Assembly (NCBI RefSeq): GCF_036971445.1
Contig: NC_091477.1
Span: 107,508,001 to 107,572,000, forward strand
Length of the DNA stretch: 64,000 nucleotides
DNA from: Narcine bancroftii
Lineage: Eukaryota
Reading direction: 5' to 3'
Part shown: piece after piece, positions 52,150 to 63,655 of the stretch
How positions within the stretch are numbered: the first letter of the stretch is position 1
How the letters are laid out: every line of letters starts with the position of its first letter
Translations under genes and position numbers: made by a program
Notes under the pieces: generated by a model
Seen by the model: the letters and a program-made list of their open reading frames with translations, nothing else
Database searches by the model: none
What the model was told of the DNA's origin: nothing

Positions 52150-53000
52150 GTCTGGACACAGGCTGAACAAGGTATTAAAACACACATAAAGGGATCACAA
52201 CAAGGATTTTGTCCTTGATACAATACTCTCAATCACAAAACACAGTATAAAAGGTAAACACATTGTTACACAAGGTTGCGACAATGCGACAATGCAAGTG
52301 CCTGGTGAATAAACAGACAAGCACAACAGAAGGGTGAATGTATTGATTCAGAAAATGCCAATGGCCTACCAACTCCCCACAGACCGAAAGGTTCATTGTT
52401 CTCTCCATAGAGTGTCAAGCTCTGAGAACTGGCCTCCTATCTGTTTGTTTTTATTTTTGTCAATTACTGGCTCTCATATGTGGTCTTAACAACGTGCCCA
52501 TGATATATGTGGAACACGACTCATTGACAAAAGCACATGTACCCCCTTTCGCTGTGAACAGGTAGTTCAAGGTTATCTGGCATTTCCTCAATCTGAAGAA
52601 CCACAGCCCTTTTTTGGCAAGTGTTTCTACCATGGTGGCCAATGGGTGCACCTACTGGGTGCTCCTCCACCATTTGGAGGCAGGTATCCCAGATGGTCAT
52701 TGCTGTGCCATCCTGTGGGAAGCCAGTGGTCGACCCGGCAGGCACACATTATGAGCACTCCATTGCTGGGCTGTAAAATGTTGGCTGTCTCGTGCCAGTA
52801 TGCTATTCCTGCTCGCGTTCCCTTTGATTGCTTGGACTGATGCTGACTGAACTTGGTGCCCCACATAATCAAGGCGTGTTACCTTTGTGGACACTGGAAG
52901 AGTCAAGATGTTTGAGTGCCAAATTGTATGGAAGGGAAAAAGAAACCAGTTACTGCAGGATCATTGGAAGTGAGGTGGTTAAGTGGTGAGGGGAGTGTAA
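52150..53000 (-). mobile_element. env: Endogenous retrovirus env remnant (class I, gamma/epsilon-type), frameshifted
   Basis: SU-like PSNGVLIMC...WLPTGWHSNDHLGYLPP; ISD-like CQITLNYLFTAKGGTCAFVNESCSTYI (degenerate CX6CC); hydrophobic TM-like segment downstream. Confidence 0.72.
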
Positions 53001-53129
53001 AAATCATGTCATTACCAAAACATTTTGATTAAAGAGTCCGTACAAGCAGCTCCTGTAGCATCATTGAGTGGGGTCGGAGTAGGTGGAAGACACTCTGCTG
53101 CTTGTGGCAGAGCCGTGATGCAGGTGCCA

Positions 53130-53680
53130 CAGTCTGAAGTTTGTGGAGGTTTGGTATGACATCAGAAACCCTGGAAAATTTCTATCGAGGTGTGGTAGAA
53201 AGTAGGCTGACTGACTGCATCACTCAATACCCTGAGTGTAAATCCCTCAAAAAGGACAGAACCCAGAACATCATAGGCAAAACCCTCCCCACTACTGAGC
53301 ACCCCTACAGGGAGTGCTACTGTTGGAGAGCAGTATCAATAATCAAAGACCCTCACCACCTAGCACATGCTCTGTTATCACTGCTGCCATCAAGAAAGAG
53401 GGACAGGTGCCACAAGACTCACACCACCAGGTTCAGGAACAGCTGCTCCCCCCTCCACCATCAGACTCCTCAACAACAAACTTAATCAGAGACTCATTTA
53501 AGGACTCCTACTTGTGGACTTCATTGATTTTCTTTTTGTTCTCTCTGTATTGTAGATTGAATTTTGTTGGGTACAGTTTAATTTTTGCACTACCAATTAG
53601 TGGTAATTCTGCTGCACCCACAGGAAAAAGGAATCTCAGGGTTGGATGTGATGTCATTTATGTATTCTGACAATAAATCT
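53130..53680 (+). mobile_element. L2/Rex-Babar-like LINE 3' fragment
   Basis: FGMTSETLENFYRGVVES...IIKDPHHLAHALLSLLPS...TTRFRNS; 3' UTR ending CAATAAATCT; antisense copy at ~10105-10450. Confidence 0.82.
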
Positions 53681-54130
53681 AAAATCTGGTGTGGTGATGC
53701 TGTGTGTGTATTCCTAGGGTCCCACAGTACAGATCAGCACAGGCTAGAAGAGGAGCAATTTGTATGGTAGACTTCTCCTGTTGGTTTGGGGGAAGGGGCA
53801 CAGGGAGAGGAGGTATGGGGAGTGGGGGTGGACATGGTGGACTGATACAAACAGAGCGAAGGTGCTCAGCAAAGCAGTCTCCTTGTCTGCATCCAGTCTC
53901 TCCAATGTAGAGAAGGCAACAAAGGGAGCACCAGATGGAATAGATCACTCACATGATAAAATGTTTCCCAAGTGAAATGTTGCTTCACTTGAAAGGACTG
54001 TTTGGGGCTCCGAATAGTGGCAAGGGAGGGGGTATGGGCGCAAGTGTGGCACTTCCTGCAGACACAGGTTAATGTGCCGGGGGTGGGGTTATTGGTGGGG
54101 AGGGATGAGTAGATGAGGGAGTCACGAGTT
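53680..54130 (-). mobile_element. Penelope-like retroelement 3' fragment (GIY-YIG endonuclease)
   Basis: RDSLIYSSLP...CVCRKCHTC...SFQVKQHFT and IYSIWCSLCCLLYIGETGCR.GD.FAEHLRSV. Confidence 0.85.
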
Positions 54131-54618
54131 GAGTGATGCCTGGTACTTGATGAAGGGCTCAAGCCTGAAATGTTGCTTGTGTATTTTTATCTTTGCTGAA
54201 TGGATATATAGAATTGGGTCATAATCTCTGTGAATGGTGGGACACATCTCAAGTAACTGGATGGCCTACTCCTGTTCCTATATTTCTGTTAGAACATTCA
54301 CATCGAAAAAATGTTAATGACTCATGCAAAGGAATGACTTTATATCCTGCTAGTTATTACAATATGTCACAATTTTCACATCTGATATTTTGTGAGGTTG
54401 ATGAGGGAACCATTTGTATTCACTCAAAATGTATCCATAATATATTTAATGCACCTACTATTGTGAACATTATCAATCAGGGAGACCTTCCTTCAAATCT
54501 CATTGCCATTTGCTTTACACAAAAATGGATTGAGTAAACAATAATTTCATGCAACATTTTTTTTCATAAAATAACTAATTTCATGGGTACTTTTGGCTTT
54601 CAAATATGTAATACTTAC

Positions 54619-54788
54619 CTTCCAAATGATGATGTTTGATAAATCTTCCAACCTTCTTCTTTTTTCTGAACATCTATTTCTTTTTCGAGTTTGTAATTGA
54701 AATTCAACGACCACTTCTTGTTAAATTTATCTTGTACACATCTAGTGAAGTTGGTGATCCAGGGATTGGTTTCAGGAGCTTGAGTCAT
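54619..54788 (-). CDS. Receptor-transporting protein family (zf-3CxxC; RTP3/RTP4-like), coding exon 1
   Basis: AAAATG at 54788: MTQAPETNPWITNFTRCVQDKFNKKWSLNFNYKLEKEIDVQKKEEGWKIYQTSSFG-AG|GTAAGT; W..F, WSL and GWxxY motifs of the RTP N-terminus; 170 bp, phase 2; missed by the ORF track. Confidence 0.85.
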
Positions 54789-54895
54789 TTTGTACTGTCA
54801 TCATATTTTTAAAAAAAGAAAAATTATGTGAACACGTGAAGTGCATAAACAAAAGGGAGGCTCTTAAATGAACAAAACTTGCACTTCCAGTGGAT

Positions 54896-55592
54896 TGTGT
54901 GACCTCTACAGCTGGAGTTTAGTTGGAAATCACCTCATCTGCCATTCATTTGTTGGATCTGCCCACCTGTGAGGCTGATGCGTGATTGGCCCAGGCAGCT
55001 GACATGTGATTGGTCCTCCAGGTGTTAATCAATAGTTGGATCCACTCACAGGTGAGGCTGATACATGATTGGTCCTTGCAGGTCACGTGGAGATCTTTCT
55101 TTTTTCTTTCTCTCCCTCAGCTGCGATATTGCTTTCAAACCATCCCTGAAGCCCGGGCTACAGGCAGCTCCAAAGGGCCCGTCCAAGATCCCGAGCTATG
55201 GTTGATGCTGGGAACCAAATTTATATGTATATATTTGTTACTTGTGACCATTGCTGAGCTCCAGGCTGAAGGCATCTCCAGGGGGTTGACTAAAATTAGC
55301 CTCTCCCTAATCCTGAGCAGGGGCTACACTGGAGACCAGGTTTAAGTGTATGTTCTCGATATGGGTACTGAAGAAGTTAAATCCTCATTTCTCATTATAC
55401 TATGCCTGTGGATGGTAGGTGTTGAACAAGTTAAACCCTTGTTTCTTGGTATACCGTGCCTGTGAGTGGTGGGTGCTGAATAAGTTAATTCCTCATTGAT
55501 CTGTATGCTATGCCCGTGTGCTATGTATGTTAAATAACATGTGTTCAGCCTTGATTCTCTTTGAACCCATCAAACCTACTCTGAACACAACA
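54896..55592 (+). mobile_element. Probable LTR-like element
   Basis: TG...CA ends, internal repeated GAGGCTGATxCxTGATTGG (CCAAT) blocks and repeated AAGTTAA blocks; no clear TSD. Confidence 0.45.
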
Positions 55593-55799
55593 TCAACAGT
55601 CTGCAGCATAGAAAATTTCTCTTCAACAATCAACTTCTGCCATTCTGTCAAAATGATCATCTCAAGACAGAAGAACAAATTATTAATTTGCTAGTCACCC
55701 CCATAAATTATTACTGGGTTTCATGGAATCAGCAAAAAATAAATGAGTCCCAAAATTCAATGGGCAAATTAAAAATTAAACATTCATGCAAATGAATTA

Positions 55800-56150
55800 A
55801 AAAGACAATGTTGGAAAAACTTAGTAGGCCAAACAGCGTACTTCATGCACCCTTCATCAAGGAATAACAAAATGTAGGCAGGTGCCCAAACAAAATGGTG
55901 GGGGGTGAGGAAACAGGGGGAAGGAGAGCAGTCCCAAAGGCAGGAGGTAATAGGTGCATCAGGGAGGGAGGGCTCACCAGCAAATGGGGGGTGGCTCTAT
56001 GAATGGAGAGGGAAGGGGTGGAGAGCTGGAGGAAATGAAACAGGGAGCAGAGAGAGTATGAGTGGGTTAGCAGAAACCGGACAAGTCGATGATAATGCCA
56101 TCTGATTGGAGAGTGCCCAAACAGGATATTAGATGTGGCTCCTCCAAATG
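55800..56150 (-). mobile_element. Penelope-like terminal fragment
   Basis: Purine-rich tail and sequence similar to 37990-38400 (GGCAGGTGCC-AAACAAAATG...CAGTCCCA). Confidence 0.55.
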
Positions 56151-56283
56151 AATTATGTATTATGCAGTATAGACAATTTCATTTATACCATAGGCTTTTA
56201 TTTCAGCATGGTGCAATACATGGTGGCAAATCAGTATTATACCAGAGGATATTGTTGAGCATTGTGGTTGTGCAGTTGAATCC

Positions 56284-56524
56284 TGTAGAGCTCGTCGAAA
56301 GAACCAAAGACTTGTTGATCCAAAACCAAGGCTTTTATTAGCAAAAGACAGGAGCTCTTCACAGGTGGCCGACCAGTCCGGAATGATCCGACCTGGCTAG
56401 GGACACAACCCTTTAAGGCCCAGACAGTAGGCGTGGCTAAGCTCTCAGCCAATCGCTGTAAGCACAGTCATTACACTCTAGATACTGGAACTATATACAT
56501 TGGTGATAGGTCTGTACTATCACA
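56284..56524 (-). mobile_element. Solo LTR with perfect 5-bp TSD
   Basis: TG...CA ends; TSD AATCC at 56279-56283 and 56525-56529; CCAAT box, TATA-like CCTTAAAG and AATAAA in minus-strand order. Confidence 0.85.
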
Positions 56525-56939
56525 AATCCCAACTCATATTATATCTTGAGCATTATGTCTGAAGTTAATTTTTGGTGAGGACAATATTGAGGAACCTTAG
56601 CTTCAAGCCAAACTAAGTCAATGAGAATAAAGTCCCATCTATCACCTGATTATAAACTTTCTATACGTAGTGCTATTGATGACATCCATCCAACAATTGA
56701 CTACATAACCTCTACTAAAAGTTATAACTTGACATCTAAAAATGTAATTGCCTCAATCAAATTGAAAGCTGCAATAATAATAATTGGCTTTATCTCATTT
56801 ATTGATTGATTAAAACTTTTCTTTATGTAATCAAAAACATCATTTTTATCCATGCTTCATTTCTTCTGACATTTTTCACCACTGTTTCAAACAGAAAACC
56901 TCACAATGGGAAAAGTCACCTGAGATTGTTCACTTGCAC

Positions 56940-58640
56940 CAGGATGCCACGTGGGATATCAAATCTGGAAAAGGTCCTAGCCAGGTTAGAACAGGCTAAA
57001 ACCCTAGGCCGAAGCTAACCCATGGAATTGGCTGTCACAATCATTTATAGATTACCCATAGAACAATAGACCTCAATTTGTGTCAGATGCTTTCAAATAG
57101 TTTATGCGAAACAACAATTTGTGACACATATTATCTGCACCCTACCAATCTAGTACTAATGGGGAAGCTGAGTGCTTCGTGCAGTGTTTAAGGGCAATGA
57201 AAGCAAATGAATCATGTAAAATATCATGAAGCCATAAAATTGCGGAATTTCTGTTATCATACAGACCAATACTGCACTCTTCTACAAAACGCACTCCAGC
57301 AGAACTGATGTTTTGGATGCAACTTGAGAACCCAATTTACTGCAGTGCTCCCAAACATCGGACCTCATATTCAACATTCAACATCCCTGAGTAAGCCTAC
57401 AGAATGTCTGGAGATTGGAAAACAAGTATTAGTAAGAGATTACCAGGAGAATAATGAAACATAGATAAGAGGCATACTTCTCAAGAAACTAAGTCCATTT
57501 TCATATTTGGTACTAGCAGGGGACAGGATGTGGAAATGGCGTATTGGCCAGTTAAGAGCAATTGAGGACCCCATTTCCATTCCATTTGCGGACAATCCCT
57601 CAATGTTCTGTTTTTAGCACAACCCGACGATTATGCCCCTGACATAGCCCCCATACCGGCTGCTGAGACACCCTCATCAGGGCTGCACAGGATCAATATG
57701 CCAGTCAAATACCAGATGTACCACCAGTAGACAATAGACAATAGGAGCTGGAGTAGGCCCTTCGGCCTGTCGAGCCAGCACCGCCATTTTACAGATCATG
57801 GCTGATCACTACCATCCTAGTGCCAGCCTACAAGGAGAAGCTATCTGCTCCAAAAAAAGTTATACTCTGGTTCGGTGTTCTTCATACCCAAGAAGATCCA
57901 AGAGAGAAAGTGTTGGAATCTAGGGGTTAAAACAGTATGAAATAAATGATTAATCAATAAGTTTATTTGGACTGCATGAGTCAGGGAAAGAGGAATGTGG
58001 CTAAGTGGCTGTCACAGCATGGAGCAAAGTTGGCTGAACAAAATTGGCTGCTCCCAAGATACAGGGAGAGGATATGCATAAAACGATTTAGGAGGAATGC
58101 TCAACTGAAGGAGGTGGGAAGTAGCACAGGAGACACAGGCCAGATCAGAACAAAGAATGGCCCGCAAGAATCAAAGGGAATGGAAAACCAGTCTAGGAGG
58201 AAGATTAAGGCACGAGGAGGTGTTAAAGAGAACAGCAGAAATTGGCCAGACAGGGACCGAATGGTGATTAGAAATATCTGGGGATGAATTAATTTCAGAT
58301 CTAAACAACAGGATAGTCTGGCCTGGAGGATTAACATGGGAATGCTACACCCCAGAAATCTGCAAAACAGGAGATGACTTGTGATAACCCTTATGCAAAA
58401 AGATCTAGCAGGGAAAACAACTTTTGTTCTGTGTGATAAGATTGACCTATATAAACTGTGCCAACTGGACAATAGGGGTCAGTCTCGGGGAGTAGCTCAC
58501 TGCCAGGTGACCTATGAACTAACAGACTGACCCAGAGCTCTGTTAAGTTTTATTCTTGTGCTGTGTAATAAATTGACTGTTGAACCGAATACCTTCTCCT
58601 ATCACTTCATTCAAAGAACGCGCTGGACTCAGACTACACA
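56940..58640 (+). mobile_element. Old Gypsy integrase remnant followed by PPT and ~730-bp 3' LTR (57911-58640)
   Basis: PYQSSTNGEAECFVQ...FLLSYR...TKRTPAELMF integrase core; purine run AAGAGAGAAAG then TGTTGG; AATAAA near 58568; ends ...TACACA. Confidence 0.7.
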
Positions 58641-58904
58641 TAGACTAAATTAAGAGTAAGTTAAAGCCAGAGTCCAACAAAAGACACCCTCCAGTACATC
58701 TAAAAGACTATGTGCAGTGATTTAAAGGCTTTATTCAGTACATCTCAAAGACTAAGCTGTGACTTTAAGACTTTGTATGTTTCCAGTAGCATGGGATCTA
58801 TAGTTACCATGATTAGTGGAAGCTGTGCTTAAATTCTTTGTAGTGTTAAGATAGTTAAATTTAACTTTATACTTATTTACCAGGAAGCACAAAACATTTT
58901 TTTT

Positions 58905-59230
58905 GAGGGGGGAAAGAGTGTTATTGAAATGAGCATGCGCGCGTGACACCATATACACGGAGCTACATTGTATGGGGAGGTTCAGTTTAGCGCCATCTTG
59001 GGATGAATAAAAATGCTTACAACTTCTTGAGTGAGGTTATTTTCAAAGGGAAAATGCATGACAGGGTGGGGAACGGGAGCAAGAGAGACAGGGAAAGAAA
59101 GAGAAAGGCAACCTTTTCTGGCATTGTCAGTTGACGCCTCTGGAGTTTGAGAGAATTGGTATCTAACATGCTACCCCTCTCCAAGGGGGCAGGCCTCGTG
59201 GGCATACACTAAGAGTCTATTATTTGGAAC
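58905..59230 (+). mobile_element. Possible LTR preceded by a polypurine tract
   Basis: GAGGGGGGAAAGAG then TGTTATTG at 58919; CGCCATCTT and AATAAA inside; 3' end uncertain. Confidence 0.35.
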
Positions 59231-59981
59231 AAGAGTATCACCGTTATTTTGTGGACCAAGTGGTGCTGCACGTCATCCCTGCTGAAATATTGCCGAACTG
59301 ATTAATGTAGAATTTGCAGTTTATGTTAGTACTTGTTTGCAGAGATTACAGGAGCCACAACATGGCCTCCAGGAGCATTACGAAGCAAAGTCAGATGTAA
59401 TTCCAGTACAAGGAATGTGCTCATATGCTGGGTGGGATTGCAGCATTAAATTAATAAAAGGATGTCCATTTAATGGTGCATCAAAAATGCTGAGCCTTTG
59501 ACCTGAGATTGAAATGTGCAGGCTGCAACAAATTGGTGCCCAGCCGAGACCGTATAATTCATGTATCCTCTCTAACTTACTGAAACTTTTCTCCTTGGCT
59601 TACTGGAGAATATAAATGTGGTTATACACTCCATATCATTCCTCCTATTTTTGTCAGTTATGCAGAGATGAGCATTATACCTATTGTAAATATTGTGCGT
59701 GGATTAGTCAGCTACTAAGCTGAATTTCACCGAGAAATTATCCATCCAATTTTCCAATTGAATTCCATTGGAAAGGTGTTCTATCATGTTAAAATATGTA
59801 TAAAATAACTTTTATATGTGATTTTCTAAAGAATTTATTAAATTTTTAGTCTTTCATTTTTAATCCAACCAAATGACATTCCTACAGAAATATTTCTGTT
59901 GTACAGAAAAATGAAAGTAAAAGTTTCACATTGGCAAAAGATCATACTTGAACAAAGATGAGAGAAAAAGAATGTCCTTAC

Positions 59982-60325
59982 CAATCACGTTGCCACTGTT
60001 TCTTTTAACAAATTGAATCTGCTACATGACAGATTGAACTGTTTTGTTCTGGAGCAGTGTTGATCTCTTTCTGAAACACAGATAAAGCCACAGCTGAACA
60101 ATGCAGAGTAAGTTTCACTTTGCTTACGTCATTTCCAAGAAACCACATGACAATAAACTATGAGGTTCCCAATTCAGCATTTAAAGGGCATAACTGTACT
60201 TTAACAACATAGCGCATCATAATCTAATCATCCTGGTTAGAAAATGAATGATGGTAGAGGCTGTTTCTTTCACACTCTGCTTAGTTTTATTTTTCCTTGT
60301 CTTCAGTGGAAAATGAAACTGTGGG
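59982..60325 (-). promoter_or_regulatory. Putative interferon-responsive promoter and 5' non-coding exon of the RTP gene
   Basis: AGTTTCACTTT 60111-60121 (ISRE/IRF-E), TTACGTCA 60124-60131 (CRE-like), TTCCAAGAA 60133-60141 (GAS), GGAAAATGAAACT 60308-60320 (ISRE); minus-strand donor TG|GTAAGG at 59981; matching acceptor CAG| at 54795 just upstream of the ATG. Confidence 0.6.
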
Positions 60326-61129
60326 TTGTGTAAATGGATTAGTTCAAAGTTGACATTAGTATCCCATTTTCAGTGTGTGCACTTAGCACAACTCCAAAAA
60401 AAAGGTGCCATGAAGTTGAAATGCGCTTATCCACACCATCATAGCCAGCTAAACATGATCGAACTAAAGGATCTGGGACTCTGTTCATCCCTTTGCAACT
60501 GAATCCTTATTGACAGACCCCAATCAATGCAGATTGGAAACCTCACCTCCTCCTCGATGACCATCCACACAAGGGCATCTCAAAGACATGTGCTTAGTCA
60601 CCTGCTCTATTCCCTCAACATTCATGGCTGCGTAGCTGAGTTGGGTTCTGACACCATCTATAAATTCACTGATTAATAGCTACATTGTTGACAGAATAAT
60701 GGGAAATGATGAGTTGGAGTACAGATGGACAGCAAGAATTAGGTTGGGTGGTGCCAGAAAAACAATCTTGCTCTAAACCGGAACAAAACCAAAGAGTTTA
60801 TTATGGATTTTAAGAAGGAGGGAATGAGGGACCACGTACCTGTCTGTATAGATGGATGGAGTAGCAGAGGGTTAGTATATTCAAATTCTTGGGAGACCAT
60901 ATATCGGTGACCTCTTCTAGAGCCAGCTCATTGAGAGAATTGTGCAGAAAACACACCAATGCCTCCACTTTAAGAAGTCTGAGGAGATATTGTATATTGT
61001 CCACTATTTTATCAAAACCTCTACAGGTACACTGTGGAAAATATACTGACTGGTTATATCACAGTCTGGTTTGGTAATTCAAGTGCCCAGGCACACAGAA
61101 GGTTGTAGTCCTGCCAGGTTAAGCAGCAA

Positions 61130-61420
61130 ATTTCCCATTTAATGTATCGCATTTGCTGCTCACAATGTGATGTCCTGCACATCATGAAAACCAAATGGAA
61201 TTTGGGGACTTTATAGAACATTTATATTCAGTCCACAAGGATGAACCTGAGCTTTCAGTTGCCTGTCTCTTTAATTCTCCATCTCACTCCCAAGCTTTCC
61301 TCTCTGTATGTAGCTCCAACAACTTTACACGCAAGCTTAAGGAACTGTTTCTATGTCTTTTGGCATGGTATGATCATCGTGAAGTAACAATAAATTCAAC
61401 AATTTCAAACAATTAGCCAT
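61130..61420 (+). mobile_element. Degenerate Penelope GIY-YIG fragment
   Basis: Reads like VxxICCSQC.VLHI.KT...FGDFIEHLYSVHKDEPELSVACLFNSPSHS. Confidence 0.55.
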
Positions 61421-61792
61421 TGCTGTCTCGCATTTCCCGCATTTATTTGTGTTCATTCACTCCTCTTCTATTGTGTGTGTCTGATGTACACCTCCACTAG
61501 TTACATCTTTACCACCCTCTTTCAGTCACATCATTCAATTGTGCCTGGACTTCACCCTGCAACAGACATCCAATTTTGTTATCTCCACTGCAACTTAAAA
61601 ATTGGCTACAATCCGATATTTTTCCAGGATTCATGCAATGTCATTGACTTGAAACATTAACTTCAGATGCTGCCCACAAAAATACTTTTGTGCTTTCTTT
61701 CAGGTTACCATCATCTGCAATATTCTGATTTTGGAATGTGGAAATAAGGCCTCTCTTTCCAGTAAGAATGGATGGAACGGGACATATACATA

Positions 61793-62464
61793 CCATATAT
61801 TTTGCAGCATAAGTCAACCCTTGAAACCTTCAAAAAGCACTAAAAAAAAATCAGGGGTCATCTTATACACGAGATACAAAACTGAGACCTTAAATTCAAC
61901 TTAAAAAAACAATCGACATTGATTCAGTATATAAGACAACCTCCCCACCACCAGTGCTGTCATTCCTACTGCCACCATAACCCATACAGACATTTTATAA
62001 TTGTAGACCCTGAGGACCTGCCCAGGAACCAGTGCCCCCAGGACATAAAGCCGTCGTTCCTGCACTGAGCAACTTGGACAACGAGGTGACTTATTTGAAG
62101 CGGAAGGCACCGCACCCGATGTTGAGAATGGAGTCGCCGTCGCCGACTCCGGCTGCAGCTGATGCTGAAGACCTGGACCCTGCACCGTTTGACATCTTCC
62201 CAGTCAGAAACAAAGTTTTTTTTTAACTGTTTGTTTTACTTGCTTGGTTAATTTGTTACTTGGCAATTGGGGTGTTGGAACAAAGTTTGGGTTGCTGCTG
62301 GGAACCGGACACCAGTCTCCGGCACATTCCTTGCAGAAAATGTGGGGGGGGGGGAAGGGTGGAGGGGAGTCATCTTATGCGACTAATATCTGGTATAACT
62401 ATGAAATTCAGGCTGAAAATGAGGATCCATCTTATCTGAAGGTCTTATATGCTGAAATATATGG
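61793..62464. mobile_element. Tc1/mariner (Tc2/pogo-like) non-autonomous element
   Basis: TA-CCATATATTTTGCAGCATAAGTCAACCC ... GGTCTTATATGCTGAAATATATGG imperfect TIRs with subterminal repeats. Confidence 0.6.
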
Positions 62465-63364
62465 CACATGACAATTAAATGTTAATTATAGGCATAGTTC
62501 TCATAAAAACTAAGTAATAAGGACAAAACATCTTAATTTCAAAGAAAGAACATGGTGTGGAATAAGGAAACAATCACATTAGACAGATTTTTTTTGTATT
62601 ATATGCCCCTGTAAATTAATTTTGACCTGGACCCTCCTGGAATGATTTACCTTTCTGTGCCGAAAGTTTTGCATCAGTCTCAGAAAGGATGATGTCATTC
62701 CTTATGCAACACTCTTCAGGAACATCATGAGAGAAATTAGACCAAGTCGTCCTGAGAGTGACCAGCATTGAGCATTCTTTCCAACCAGCAAAGAAAGTGC
62801 TTTTCTCCTTAATCCATTGTAGCTCCCTCAATGACATGAGTAATTTTTTTTTACACAGAGAGTTGTGGGTGAATGCCTTGCCAGAGATGATGGTGGAGGT
62901 TGAAACATTAGGGTGGTTGAGTGCCATTGAGAATAGAGACTGGTTTCTAAAGACATTGCCTCCTGTAGATGTCATCGATGGAGTAAAGACTGATGACTAT
63001 GATGCAATGGCCGAGTTCACAACTGTCTGTCGTCTTTTATTGTCCTATGCATTGGCATCTCCATACCAGACAGTAAAGCAGTCAGAATGCTCTCTGCAGT
63101 CCACCTGCAGAAATTTGCAACAGTCTTTGGTGACAAACCAAATCTCCTCAAACTCCTAATGAAATATAGCCACTGGGCGAGCCTTCATGATTTAATCTAC
63201 ATGATGACCTCAGGATTGATCTTCAGAGATGTTGACACTTAGGAATTTGAAGTTCTTTACCCTCTCCACTGCTGACCCCTTGATGAGGACTGGGTCTTTT
63301 TCTCCTGAATTCCCCCGGCTGAAATCCACAATCAGTTCATTAATTTTGATAATGTTGTGACACA

Positions 63365-63655
63365 ATAGAACCACAGAACCATAGAACATTACAGTACAGA
63401 AACAAGCCCTTCAGCTATTCTAGTCTGTGCCAAACAATTTTTCTGCCTAGTTGTACTACCTGCACCCAGTCCATACCCCTCCCATTCACATGCCTGTCCA
63501 AATTATTCTTAAATGTTATTTGAGCTTTCATTCGCCACTTCAGCCAACAGCTCATTCCACACTTGCACCACTCTCTGAGTGAAGAAGTTCCCCCTAATGT
63601 TCCTCCTAAACTTTTCCCCTTTCACCCTTACCCATGTCCTCTGGCTTGTATTCCC
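63365..63655 (-). mobile_element. CR1 LINE 3' end
   Basis: VKGEKFRRNIRGNFFTQRVVQVWNEL; repeated AGAACCATAG-type tail; similar piece at ~42780-42990. Confidence 0.8.
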
